Assembly (NCBI GenBank): GCA_964248365.1
Contig: CAXTYC010000032.1
Span: 1 to 59,940, forward strand
Direction: 5' to 3'
DNA from: an uncultured Chroococcidiopsis sp.
GTDB lineage: Bacteria; Cyanobacteriota; Cyanobacteriia; Cyanobacteriales; Chroococcidiopsidaceae
Length of the DNA stretch: 59,940 bases
Numbering within the stretch: position 1 is the first letter of the stretch; each line of letters begins with the position of its first letter. Shown piece after piece: positions 10,445 through 19,964 of this stretch. A program made the position numbers and the translations under genes. Under the pieces are notes generated by a model that worked only from the letters and a program-made list of their open reading frames with translations, was not told the origin of the DNA and did not search any database.

Positions 10445-11689
10445 ATGGCTCATTCTCTAGTTCAAAAATCCGCTATACTGCGCTATCAATGCATTTTAGC
10501 TGTTGGTGCAATTTTAACTTTTTACTCAAATTTAGACGTATATTTGAGCAATATATGGTTGCCGCCTCTACCTAAATATTTAGTTTTCTTATTTTGCATA
10601 GCATCCACGCCCTTACTCTTTTCAGTTTTTTCTCGAATCAAATATTTGCCCATACCAACTATGCTTTGGTGTGTAGGATATGTCTTATTAACATTTCTTT
10701 CATTTTGCCTAACTTTACCGTCTGAGGCTACCCACCAGGAAGTAAACAATCGGGTACTAGCGGTAATATTTATCACAATAATGATTTTTATCTTTTCTCG
10801 ATATTCTGTTGTTCATTTTTGGAGTAGATGTGCAGTTCTAATTACAGTATTAGTAAGTGTATTCAACAATATATATGAGTTTTTTAACCAGTCGGCGTTT
10901 GCGAATTATTCAAGCGAGATTGAGAAAATTGCAGGGCGCTCATCTGGATTTTATATAGATCCTAACCAATCTGGTTACGCTTTGATTTTGGGAATGATTT
11001 TTAGTGTAGGCTTACTTAAACCAAAATTACGTATACCTTTTGTACTATTAATTGGTCTTGCTGTTAGTTTAACTTTTTCCAGAGGATCTATTCTAATTTG
11101 GTTTACCATAGTAATTCTGATGATTACTAAGAAGATAATTCCCCGCGAGCAATTGTTTTCTTGGATTGGAGTACTAGGAATAATAGCTATCATCTTAGTA
11201 ACTGCGGGAAGTGCATTAGATTTAAACCAACTGGAAGAAGCTGGCTTATTGAATGCAGATACCAAGGGAAGATTTCAATTCTTTTCTGATCCTGAAAAGA
11301 GTGAAGCAGAGAGTCCTGATGAACGTTTAGGGTTGGCTAAATTAGCTTGGCAGCTATTTGTTAAAAGTCCATTTTTTGGCAACGGACTTGCCTCGGCTAT
11401 AACTTGGAGTGGGTCAGTATCGACACACAATACATACTTATACTACATGGTGGATTATGGGATTATAGGAGCTTTTATCCTACCTCTTTTAATTTATCTA
11501 GTAACAAGAAAGGCAAGCAAAGAAAGCAAAAATATTGCTTTTGTTTTTCTCCCTTGTGTTCTGATGTGTGGTTTGTTTAGTCATACAATTTTAGAAGATC
11601 GTTTTATCCTTATATTGTGTTCATTAATGTCTTGCATGAGTATGACAAGTCAGGTAGAAGAAAGGTCAAAAGTAGGAAATAAATTATGA
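10445..11689 (+). CDS. Wzy polymerase / O-antigen ligase family membrane protein
   Basis: Many TM segments, R..G...DPN, TFSRGS, P.FG.G and STHNTY (Wzy_C pattern). Confidence 0.85.
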   Translation: MAHSLVQKSAILRYQCILAVGAILTFYSNLDVYLSNIWLPPLPKYLVFLFCIASTPLLFSVFSRIKYLPIPTMLWCVGYVLLTFLSFCLTLPSEATHQEVNNRVLAVIFITIMIFIFSRYSVVHFWSRCAVLITVLVSVFNNIYEFFNQSAFANYSSEIEKIAGRSSGFYIDPNQSGYALILGMIFSVGLLKPKLRIPFVLLIGLAVSLTFSRGSILIWFTIVILMITKKIIPREQLFSWIGVLGIIAIILVTAGSALDLNQLEEAGLLNADTKGRFQFFSDPEKSEAESPDERLGLAKLAWQLFVKSPFFGNGLASAITWSGSVSTHNTYLYYMVDYGIIGAFILPLLIYLVTRKASKESKNIAFVFLPCVLMCGLFSHTILEDRFILILCSLMSCMSMTSQVEERSKVGNKL

Positions 11690-12825
11690 AAATTGCTTAT
11701 GTTATCACCGGACTTTACACGGGTGGCGCTGAGATCATGCTTTATAATCTTCTATCGAAGATTAATCGAGAACGTTTTGATCCAGTTGTAGTTTCTTTGA
11801 TGGATAAAGGGACATGGGGCGATCGCTTTGAAGCCTTGGGCATTCCCTTATACACAATTGGTATGAAACAAGGAATACCACCTACACCGGATGTTATGTG
11901 GCGCTTGATTAACTTATTACGCCAACTCCAACCAGATCTAATTCAAGGTTGGATGTATCATGGCAATTTAGGAGCGCAAGTCGCTAATATTTTTTTAGCC
12001 AAAAAAGTATCCGTAATCTGGAATATTCAGCACTCAATGTATTCATTAAATTATGAAAAAACATTGACTAGATATGTGATTAAATTAGGGGCTATGTTGT
12101 CTAAATCTGCCAAAAATGTTGTTTTCGTTTCTAAAACTGGCAAAGTACAACACGAAGCTATAGGTTATTCCAGTCATAATAGTTGCGTAATTCCAAATTC
12201 TGCTGATACTTCCCAGTTTGTTCCATCAACTGAAGCAAGATTAGCTGTTCGCTCAGAGCTAGGTTTATCACAAAATGTATTGCTAATTGGACAGATTGCT
12301 CGTTATCACCCGATGAAGGATCATGCCAACTTCCTTCAAGCTGCTGCATTACTGACAAAAAATTATCCAAACCTTAATTTTCTTTTAGCAGGCACAGAAG
12401 TTGAAAAAGAAAATCAAGGTTTGTATCAAATAATTCAAGAATTAGGAATAGGCGATCGCGTTCATCTACTAGGAGAGCGCCGCGATATACCACGCCTAAT
12501 GGCTGCTCTAGACATCGTTTCTTCTGCTTCTGCTTACGGTGAAGCATTTCCTTTAATTTTAGCAGAGGCAATGTCTTGTGGAGTGCCTTGTGTAGTGACA
12601 GACGTGGGAGACTCAGGCTGGATCGTAGGTGAATGCGGAAGAGTTGTATCTCCAAAAAACCCAGTTGCTTTGGCTAACGCTTGGAAAGAGTTGATCGATT
12701 TAGGTTCAGAGGGTAGAGTTGCTTTAGGACGAGCAGCACGAGAAAGAATTATTGAATGCTTTGCTTTAGAGTCTGTTGTAACTGAGTATGAAAACTTATA
12801 TGAAAATGCGCTGATTAAAAACTAA
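11686..12825 (+). CDS. Glycosyltransferase family 4 (WbnK-like)
   Basis: GGAEIML, QGWMYHGNL, ARYHPMKDH, GEAFPLILAEAMSCGVPCVVTDVGD; ATGA overlap. Confidence 0.9.
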   Translation: MKIAYVITGLYTGGAEIMLYNLLSKINRERFDPVVVSLMDKGTWGDRFEALGIPLYTIGMKQGIPPTPDVMWRLINLLRQLQPDLIQGWMYHGNLGAQVANIFLAKKVSVIWNIQHSMYSLNYEKTLTRYVIKLGAMLSKSAKNVVFVSKTGKVQHEAIGYSSHNSCVIPNSADTSQFVPSTEARLAVRSELGLSQNVLLIGQIARYHPMKDHANFLQAAALLTKNYPNLNFLLAGTEVEKENQGLYQIIQELGIGDRVHLLGERRDIPRLMAALDIVSSASAYGEAFPLILAEAMSCGVPCVVTDVGDSGWIVGECGRVVSPKNPVALANAWKELIDLGSEGRVALGRAARERIIECFALESVVTEYENLYENALIKN

Positions 12826-12915
12826 ACTGAACACCTAAAACTTATTTATTTGCCAATGTGACACATTTTTAGGAGGGAATGCTACCTAACACATTACCCA
12901 ATAATAAAACAAAAA

Positions 12916-13863
12916 ATGACAATGAACAAAAAGACTATTTTAGTGACTGGTGGGTGTGGATTTATTGGCTCTCACATTGTTGAAGGTTTAGTTAAAGAAG
13001 GCTATCTCGTGCGAATTCTTGACAATCTTTCTACTGGTATTGAAAACCTTGATTCTATTGACAAGAAGAATGTTGAAATCTGCGAAGGAGACGTTACAGA
13101 CATTTGGGCAGTTGATGCAGCTATGGAGGGATGCGAATATGTTTTTCATCAAGCTGCTGTTGTCAGTGTTCCCAAAAGCGTTGAAGATCCTGTAGGTACG
13201 GGAAGAGTCAATTATGGTAGAACCCTAAACGTTTTAGAAGCAGTTTGTAAATGTGGTGTTCGCTGTGCAATCTTCGCAGGTAGTGCTGCTGTCTATGGTA
13301 ATGAACCAACTTTACCAAAAAAGGAGTCTATGCAGCCTTGCCCGATCACTCCTTACAGTGTTGACAAACTTGCCTCTGAATGCATGGAACACGTCTATGC
13401 TCGGAATTTTGGCGTTGAGTTTGTCAGTTTGCGCTATTTCAATGTTTTTGGTTCTCGTCAAGATCCATCAAGTCCCTATTCAGGAGTTATTTCTATATTT
13501 TGTCATCAAATGCTCAAAGGACTTGCGCCAGCGCTCTACGGCGATGGACTTCAAAGTCGTGATTTTGTTCATGTTTCTGATGTTGTGCGAGCAAACTTAA
13601 TAGCAATGAAACACCCACCAGCAACGGCTAGAACCTTCAATGTTGGGCGAGGAGTAGCAACGAACTTGTTGGAAATTATTAAAGGGATTAATGATTTAAC
13701 TGGTCAAAACTTGCTACCTATCCATAAAGAAATTCGCCCCCACGATATTCGTCATAGTCTTGCTGATAATACTGCGCTGAAAGCTTTAGGTTGGTCAGCG
13801 CTAACAAGTATTCGTCATGGGTTAACAGAGTTATTAAAACCACAACTATATACACTTGGTTGA
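12916..13863 (+). CDS. NAD-dependent nucleotide-sugar epimerase/dehydratase (extended SDR)
   Basis: TGGCGFIG, YxxxK (YSVDK), LRYFNVFG, GDG.QSRDFVHV.DV. Confidence 0.9.
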   Translation: MTMNKKTILVTGGCGFIGSHIVEGLVKEGYLVRILDNLSTGIENLDSIDKKNVEICEGDVTDIWAVDAAMEGCEYVFHQAAVVSVPKSVEDPVGTGRVNYGRTLNVLEAVCKCGVRCAIFAGSAAVYGNEPTLPKKESMQPCPITPYSVDKLASECMEHVYARNFGVEFVSLRYFNVFGSRQDPSSPYSGVISIFCHQMLKGLAPALYGDGLQSRDFVHVSDVVRANLIAMKHPPATARTFNVGRGVATNLLEIIKGINDLTGQNLLPIHKEIRPHDIRHSLADNTALKALGWSALTSIRHGLTELLKPQLYTLG

Positions 13864-13888
13864 TGAAATATTTTTCTTGTATACACAA

Positions 13889-15055
13889 ATGAAGAGCGTT
13901 TTATTTGTCACTACCATCCCAGATACGCTTCGCGCCTTTCTCCTACCATTTGCCCAATACTTCCGAGCTCTTGGCTGGCGAGTGGATGCTATGGCTCAAG
14001 GAATCTCAACCTGTCCTAAGTGCTTGCATTCCTTTGATCGCGTTTGGGAAGTAGAGTGGTCGCGCAACCCTCTAGATCCACAAAACCTCATAGTTGCTCC
14101 CCAACAAATCCGGTATGCGATCGCGCAGCAGGATTACGACATAGTTCACGTACATACGCCAGTGGCTGCTTTTGTTACCCGCTATGCCCTTAACAATTTG
14201 CGACAGCAGGGAAAACCAAAGGTAATCTATACTGCTCACGGCTTTCACTTCTATCATGGCGGTAAACCACTTAAAAACCTTTACTTTGCGGCACTAGAAA
14301 AGCTGGCTGGGCGTTGGACTGACTATCTAGTGGTGATTAATCGTGAAGATGAGGAAGCTGCCAAGCGCTACAGTATTGTTCCAACCCAAAGAATTTGTTA
14401 CACGCCTGGAATAGGAGTAGATATTGATTACTACAGTCCTAATGCTGTTCCTGAAGCTGAGATAGTGCGGGTACGTCAGCAATTGGGTCTAGCACTGGAT
14501 GCTCCACTTTTTTTATCAGTGGCTGAGTTCATTCCTCGTAAGCGTCATCAAGACATTCTAAAGGCATTTGCTAAGCTGGATCGGTCTGAGGTTCATTTGG
14601 CTTTTGCTGGAACCGGACCGCTGATGGAACAAATGCAGCAATTAGCGTCTGACTTGAGGATTCAAAATCAAGTACATTTTCTAGGGCATCGTGAGGATAT
14701 TCCGATTTTGATGCGTACCTCAGTGGCTACGCTGCTTGTTTCTCAACAGGAAGGGCTTCCCAGAAGTGTAATGGAGTCTTTGTGCCTAGAAATTCCAGTA
14801 ATTGGTACAGAAATTCGGGGAATTCGTGATTTGCTGGCGGAAGATTGCGGTGTTCTAGTTAAGTTGGGAGATGTAGAAGAACTGGCTGAGGCTATGGCTT
14901 GGGTGCTGGATAATCCACAATACGCCAAAATGATGGGTAAACGCGGACGGGAGCGAATGAAAAGCTACGAGGTGGGGCAAATTATCAAATTGTATGAGGA
15001 TTTATATGCTCTTGCTTTAGAAGAGAAAGTTATGCACTCTTCTATAGCTAAATAA
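13889..15055 (+). CDS. Glycosyltransferase family 4 (EpsD/PglA-like)
   Basis: HVHTPVAAF, YTAHGFHF, EGLPRSVME; the ATG at 13889 is likelier than the TTG at 13856. Confidence 0.88.
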   Translation: MKSVLFVTTIPDTLRAFLLPFAQYFRALGWRVDAMAQGISTCPKCLHSFDRVWEVEWSRNPLDPQNLIVAPQQIRYAIAQQDYDIVHVHTPVAAFVTRYALNNLRQQGKPKVIYTAHGFHFYHGGKPLKNLYFAALEKLAGRWTDYLVVINREDEEAAKRYSIVPTQRICYTPGIGVDIDYYSPNAVPEAEIVRVRQQLGLALDAPLFLSVAEFIPRKRHQDILKAFAKLDRSEVHLAFAGTGPLMEQMQQLASDLRIQNQVHFLGHREDIPILMRTSVATLLVSQQEGLPRSVMESLCLEIPVIGTEIRGIRDLLAEDCGVLVKLGDVEELAEAMAWVLDNPQYAKMMGKRGRERMKSYEVGQIIKLYEDLYALALEEKVMHSSIAK

Positions 15056-15259
15056 ACTTGAATCGGTGCGATCACAAACAATTTTCCCTTTTGACGAAGG
15101 CAACAACAACTTAATTTATCAAATGTTGAGCTTTTAGTTTAAATAATTGTTAAAAAATTGTAAGATAAGGGGATATATATGCATCAACTGACGTTTGTGT
15201 TTTTTGTGCGTTGCACTTCGGTGATGTCTAATAGTGTAAATATATTGTAAATATTGTAA

Positions 15260-15913
15260 ATGAGTATCAAACTTGTTTTTGCTAGTTGGTTGACAAAATT
15301 TAGTAGGCTGATTAAATCCATTATGGATAGATTAGTAGCCGCGATCGCCCTACTTCTTTTCTCTCCCATACTAATATTTGTAGCGATCGCTATCTACATC
15401 CGCATGGGTAGCCCCATCCTTTTCACGCAACCACGTCCTGGTAAAGATAGTCGCATCTTCACCTTCTATAAATTTCGCACCATGACCAATGATTGCGACG
15501 CGGATGGTAATCTTCTGCCTGACGCACAACGCCTTACAACACTGGGTCAATTTCTGCGAAAAACTAGTTTAGACGAACTCCCTCAACTTTGGAACGTTCT
15601 TAAAGGTGACATGAGTTTAGTTGGTCCGCGCCCTTTACTGGTAAGATACCTCGACCGCTACACCCCCCAGCAAGCACGTCGCCATCAAGTTAAACCAGGA
15701 ATCACAGGTTGGGTTCAGGTTAATGGTCGCAATAGCCTCAGTTGGGAAGAAAAATTCCAGCTCGATGTTTGGTATGTCGATCACTGGAGCTTATGGCTTG
15801 ACTTAAAGATCCTATTTTTAACAATTATCAAGGTTGTCTTGCGAGACGGCATCAACCAAGAGGGGTACGCAACGATGCCTGAATTTACAGGTAAGAGGCT
15901 AGCTGATGAATGA
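15260..15913 (+). CDS. Priming undecaprenyl-phosphate sugar phosphotransferase (PglC/EpsL-like)
   Basis: YKFRTM, LRKTSLDELPQLWNVLKGDMSLVGPRP, KPGITGW.QVNGRN. Confidence 0.93.
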   Translation: MSIKLVFASWLTKFSRLIKSIMDRLVAAIALLLFSPILIFVAIAIYIRMGSPILFTQPRPGKDSRIFTFYKFRTMTNDCDADGNLLPDAQRLTTLGQFLRKTSLDELPQLWNVLKGDMSLVGPRPLLVRYLDRYTPQQARRHQVKPGITGWVQVNGRNSLSWEEKFQLDVWYVDHWSLWLDLKILFLTIIKVVLRDGINQEGYATMPEFTGKRLADE

Positions 15914-16854
15914 TTACCAGATGCCCAATGTATCTCTTTTGTTGTACTGACTTTAATACTGACAATATAAGAAAGCAACCAATGAGTTTTGAACAAATGC
16001 GGGATGTTTCCGAAGCAATCGGGACTTCAATGACGGAAGAAGAATTTGCCGACTGGAACCAGATGCAAGGAATAAAGGTAATTCAGCATCAAGGTCACTA
16101 CTGGAAGAAGACAGTTCTGGGCTTTTACGAACCCCTGCATTGGCTTGCCCGTTTGAGCGCACAGCAGGCAACCTGTCCTTCTCCACTCGCTTGGGGTTTT
16201 AGGGCAGCGCTTCGCGATCAAGATGCCGCCGCTGCCAACGGATCTGTGCCTGTTCACTTGTTATCTAACCTGCCAGAATACGGTTTACACAGCATTTCAG
16301 CAAATCGCAGGAATCATCTGCGGCAGTGTCGAAAGAAGGTGAAAATTTTCGAGTTAACTGGAACTGCACTGCTACAGGCACAGGGTTATGAAGTGGTGCT
16401 ATCAGCCGCCAAACGAACTGAGTATTTGAAAGCGCCTTCGAAAACTGAATATCTTGCCAGCTTGAGTAATTGTGTCGTTCCTGGGCGGAGATTGGTGCTG
16501 GCTGGTCTTATGGGTGACAAGTTGGGCGGTTACATTTCTGGCTTCGCGGTGAATGGAACTGCTTACTTAGAATCCCCCTATATTGCATCAGAGGCAATCA
16601 CGACAAACATTAACTTGGGTTTGGTGTTTGAGTTCATTCAAGCTTGCCAACGTTCTGGCACAGTCGGTGGACTTGTGAATGGTTTACATACGCCAGACGA
16701 CGAGAAGCTATGTATTTATAAGCAGGGATTAGGGTTCTGTGTCAAGCATATTCCTGCCAAGGTACAGATAAATCCTATCATTGGTCAGTTAATTCGCAGG
16801 CGATATCCATACAAATATTATCGCTTGACTGGAAATGATTTATGCCTGAAGTAG
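15910..16854 (+). CDS. Hypothetical protein, probable GNAT/FemAB-like fold
   Basis: Long ORF in the operon; S.NRR..LR and C-terminal L..YK..LGF resemble Fem-type motifs. Start uncertain (15982 is possible). Confidence 0.55.
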   Translation: MITRCPMYLFCCTDFNTDNIRKQPMSFEQMRDVSEAIGTSMTEEEFADWNQMQGIKVIQHQGHYWKKTVLGFYEPLHWLARLSAQQATCPSPLAWGFRAALRDQDAAAANGSVPVHLLSNLPEYGLHSISANRRNHLRQCRKKVKIFELTGTALLQAQGYEVVLSAAKRTEYLKAPSKTEYLASLSNCVVPGRRLVLAGLMGDKLGGYISGFAVNGTAYLESPYIASEAITTNINLGLVFEFIQACQRSGTVGGLVNGLHTPDDEKLCIYKQGLGFCVKHIPAKVQINPIIGQLIRRRYPYKYYRLTGNDLCLK

Positions 16855-16948
16855 TTTTTAGCGCTCACGCGGGCGAGTCCAGCCTAGACGCTAGGTTTTT
16901 GCCGCCTTCTGAATATATCACATATCGGAAACTCTATTGTTATTAAAG

Positions 16949-18025
16949 ATGAATATTCAAGTAATTGATTTAGAAAACCCTTTGTGGCTGAAAACTTTGG
17001 AACAACTTCGTTATGATATTTATCACTTGCCCCAGTATGTATATTTAGAATCGAAAAGAACCTCCTCGATACCAGAGGCTATTTTGATAGTCGATAATGA
17101 AAAAATATTTTTTCTACCTTATTTGCTACGTGGGTGTGATAATTTATTTGATGATGAGTTAAATGTAACAAACGTTTTTGATGTTGTCTCCCCTTATGGC
17201 TATACAGGATTTTTGTTAAATGAAGCGGCAGCTAATACGCCAGAGTTTTTAGATTTAGCGCTCCAAAAGCTTACACAGATATGGCGTGATAAACAAGTGT
17301 GTTCAGCTTTTATACGGACTCATCCTATACTTAACAAAGATGTTAAGCAAATAAATAATATAGATTATTTGAAAGTAAATGGAGAAACAATTTCAATAGA
17401 TTTAAAATTGGATGAAAAGGAGATTTTGTCCGAAACTAGACCAGAACATCGTAATAAAATAAATAGATGCAAGCGTGCAGGCTTCATTGCAAAAATAGTG
17501 CCGATTAAGCAATACATAAATGAATTCAACTCCATATACGAAGAGACAATGGCAAGGGTGGGAGCCGCAGATTTATATTATTTTGGGCTAGACTTTTTTA
17601 AGGAATTTGTCGATTTATTAGGCGATAGACTTCACTTGTGTATTGTTGAATTGGATGAGGAAATCGCCTGTGCTGGTTTGTTTACTGAATGCAATGGAAT
17701 AGTTCAATATCATCTGGGAGGTACGAAAACAAGTTTTTTGAAACAAGCTCCCAGCAAGCTAATGTTTGATTATGTTCGATTCTGGGCTAAGGAACGCGGC
17801 AATCAAGTTTTTCATCTGGGAGGTGGTGTTGGATCTGCCAAAGATAGTCTCTACCATTTCAAAGCAGGTTTCTCTAAACAAAGACACAATTTTCTGACTC
17901 TGAGATTAATAACAGATGAAGAAAAATATAAATATTTAGTTGAGTTACGTGCAAAATATTTGAATATGCAGTCTGAAGAATTGCTTAAATCTAATTTTTT
18001 CCCTGCTTATCGCTCTTTTAAATGA
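16949..18025 (+). CDS. FemAB/GNAT-family peptidoglycan-bridge-like acyltransferase
   Basis: DIYHLPQY, SPYGY.G, QYHLGGT, FHLGGGVG..DSL..FKAGFS. Confidence 0.82.
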   Translation: MNIQVIDLENPLWLKTLEQLRYDIYHLPQYVYLESKRTSSIPEAILIVDNEKIFFLPYLLRGCDNLFDDELNVTNVFDVVSPYGYTGFLLNEAAANTPEFLDLALQKLTQIWRDKQVCSAFIRTHPILNKDVKQINNIDYLKVNGETISIDLKLDEKEILSETRPEHRNKINRCKRAGFIAKIVPIKQYINEFNSIYEETMARVGAADLYYFGLDFFKEFVDLLGDRLHLCIVELDEEIACAGLFTECNGIVQYHLGGTKTSFLKQAPSKLMFDYVRFWAKERGNQVFHLGGGVGSAKDSLYHFKAGFSKQRHNFLTLRLITDEEKYKYLVELRAKYLNMQSEELLKSNFFPAYRSFK

Positions 18026-18222
18026 GGGTTAACAAGGACAAAATCAATCTTGCTTTTAACTCCAGATATATTACAAATCGCGGCGATCGCAGACAAAACC
18101 CTTGTTTCATTAGTTTGCACACCATCCAGACTACCCTACGGGAAGGCGAAGCCTACGTTTGTATAGCCTGTAAATTCTACTGGGCTTGGTACAAGATGTG
18201 ACTAATAAAACTTCTAGCTTCT

Positions 18223-18487
18223 GTTTATTCTGACTTATATGGTCAAGATAGCTGGAAACCTAGCCCAGTACCTTACAATAAAATTATGCGCTCGCTCTTG
18301 TGCCAAGGCAAAGAATGTGTATATGTTGCTGATAATCGGGGAAAGATTTTGTTGGGCAAATAAATTAGGTTGGATGACTGTTCAGATATGTCGTGAAGGT
18401 AGCGAATATTCTAAAATTACGCCGGAAGAAAATTATGAAGCAAACTTTAATATCGAGACATTAATCGAATTAAAAGATATTTTATAA
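18223..18487 (+). pseudogene. 5'-truncated, frameshifted HAD-superfamily hydrolase remnant
   Basis: Frame from 18223 gives VYSDLYGQDSWKPSPVPY...ECVYVADN; after short frameshifts it continues KDFVG and ANKLGWMTVQI...IETLIELKDIL*. These are HAD motifs III and IV. Confidence 0.75.
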
Positions 18488-18689
18488 ATTCAGGGCAAGC
18501 ACTACTAAATAACCCAAATTCACAATCGCTTTTATAGCAATTAGCAATTATGCTGGAAGTAGTTTATTCTAAAAAATAGTCATATATACAACATATTCTT
18601 AATAATTAATCATCTTTACTATGAGCGCTCGATTTTATTTAAATCCAAATATATAAAATTAGTAAACCGAAGGAAATTATTAAATTGAA

Positions 18690-19823
18690 ATGACAAAACC
18701 AATCCTGCTTTCGACACCCCATATGGGGGAGCAAGAACTAGAGTTCGTCAAAGAAGCCTTTGATACTAACTGGATTGCCCCCGTTGGTCCCCATGTAGAC
18801 GCTTTTGAGCGAGAATTCTGTCAAGTAGTCGGTGTTAACCATGCAGCTGCTGTGAGTTCTGGTACAGCAGCTTTACATTTAGCGCTCAGACTAATTGGTG
18901 TAAAGCCTGGAGATGAGGTTTTTTGCTCGACTCTCACCTTTATCGCCAGTGCTAGCCCGATTACCTACCTGGGAGCAAAGCCAGTCTTTATTGACAGCGA
19001 TCGCACCTCATGGAACATGAATCCCGACTTGTTGCACTCAGCCTTAGAGCGTCGCGCTCGTATAGGTAAATTGCCCAAAGCCGTCATAGTTGTCCATCTC
19101 TACGGTCAGAGTGCTGATCTTGAGCCAATATTAGCAGCTTGCAACGCTTTTGAAGTACCATTAATCGAAGACGCGGCAGAATCTCTAGGAGCCACATATA
19201 AAGGGCGATCGCCTGGTAGCTTTGGCAGAATTGGAATCTTTTCATTTAATGGCAATAAAATCATCACTACTTCTGGTGGTGGGATGTTAGTTTCCGATGA
19301 GCCAGAATTAGTCAGTAAAGCCCGTTTCCTGGCAACACAGGCAAGGGATTTAGCGCCCCATTACCAGCACTCAGAAATTGGCTACAACTATCGGCTGAGC
19401 AACGTTTCAGCCGGAATTGGTCGAGGTCAATTACAGGTGCTAGAGCAGCGAGTTGAAGCAAGACGGCGTAATTTTGAAGTTTATAAACAAGCCTTGGGCA
19501 ACTTGCCTGGAATAGAATTTATGCCCCAGGCTCCTTTTGGGCGCTCTACTCGTTGGCTAAGCTGTATAACTATCAACCCAGATGAATTTGGTATTGATCG
19601 AGAACAAGTTCGTATACAACTTGCCGAACAGCAAATTGAAGTTCGTCCTGTTTGGAAACCTCTGCACTTACAGCCTGTGTTTGCAGGATGTGAGTGTATC
19701 GGCGGTGTGATCGCCGCTGATTTATTTGAGCATGGTCTTTGCCTACCCTCTGGCTCTAATCTAACCGATGAAGAAAGGGAGCGAGTAATCGAAGCGATCG
19801 CGGCAATTCACAGCAGGACTTAA
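18690..19823 (+). CDS. DegT/DnrJ/EryC1/StrS PLP-dependent sugar aminotransferase (PglE/EpsN-like)
   Basis: SSGTAALHLAL, IEDAAESLG, FSFNGNKIITTSGGG, GYNYRLSN, GLCLPSG. Confidence 0.93.
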   Translation: MTKPILLSTPHMGEQELEFVKEAFDTNWIAPVGPHVDAFEREFCQVVGVNHAAAVSSGTAALHLALRLIGVKPGDEVFCSTLTFIASASPITYLGAKPVFIDSDRTSWNMNPDLLHSALERRARIGKLPKAVIVVHLYGQSADLEPILAACNAFEVPLIEDAAESLGATYKGRSPGSFGRIGIFSFNGNKIITTSGGGMLVSDEPELVSKARFLATQARDLAPHYQHSEIGYNYRLSNVSAGIGRGQLQVLEQRVEARRRNFEVYKQALGNLPGIEFMPQAPFGRSTRWLSCITINPDEFGIDREQVRIQLAEQQIEVRPVWKPLHLQPVFAGCECIGGVIAADLFEHGLCLPSGSNLTDEERERVIEAIAAIHSRT

Positions 19824-19875
19824 CAAATCTGATTCTCAATGCGTTATATCAATTCTATTTGTTTTTGCCGTGATC

Positions 19876-19921
19876 CGATCCCCCCAACAGGGGTTTATTA
19901 AGGGGGGCAGAGGGGGGATCG
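19876..19921. repeat. CGATCCCCCC...GGGGGGATCG palindromic repeat
   Basis: Inverted 10-bp arms between convergent genes; same family as 55240-55283. Confidence 0.75.
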
Positions 19922-19964
19922 TTTGTGGCGTAGTTACAAAGAATTGGTATTAGTCCAGACCTTT

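Noticed and set aside
18239..18487. 82-aa ORF as a genuine protein
   Set aside because: Only its C-terminal half is in the HAD frame; the first half is an off-frame reading of the pseudogene.
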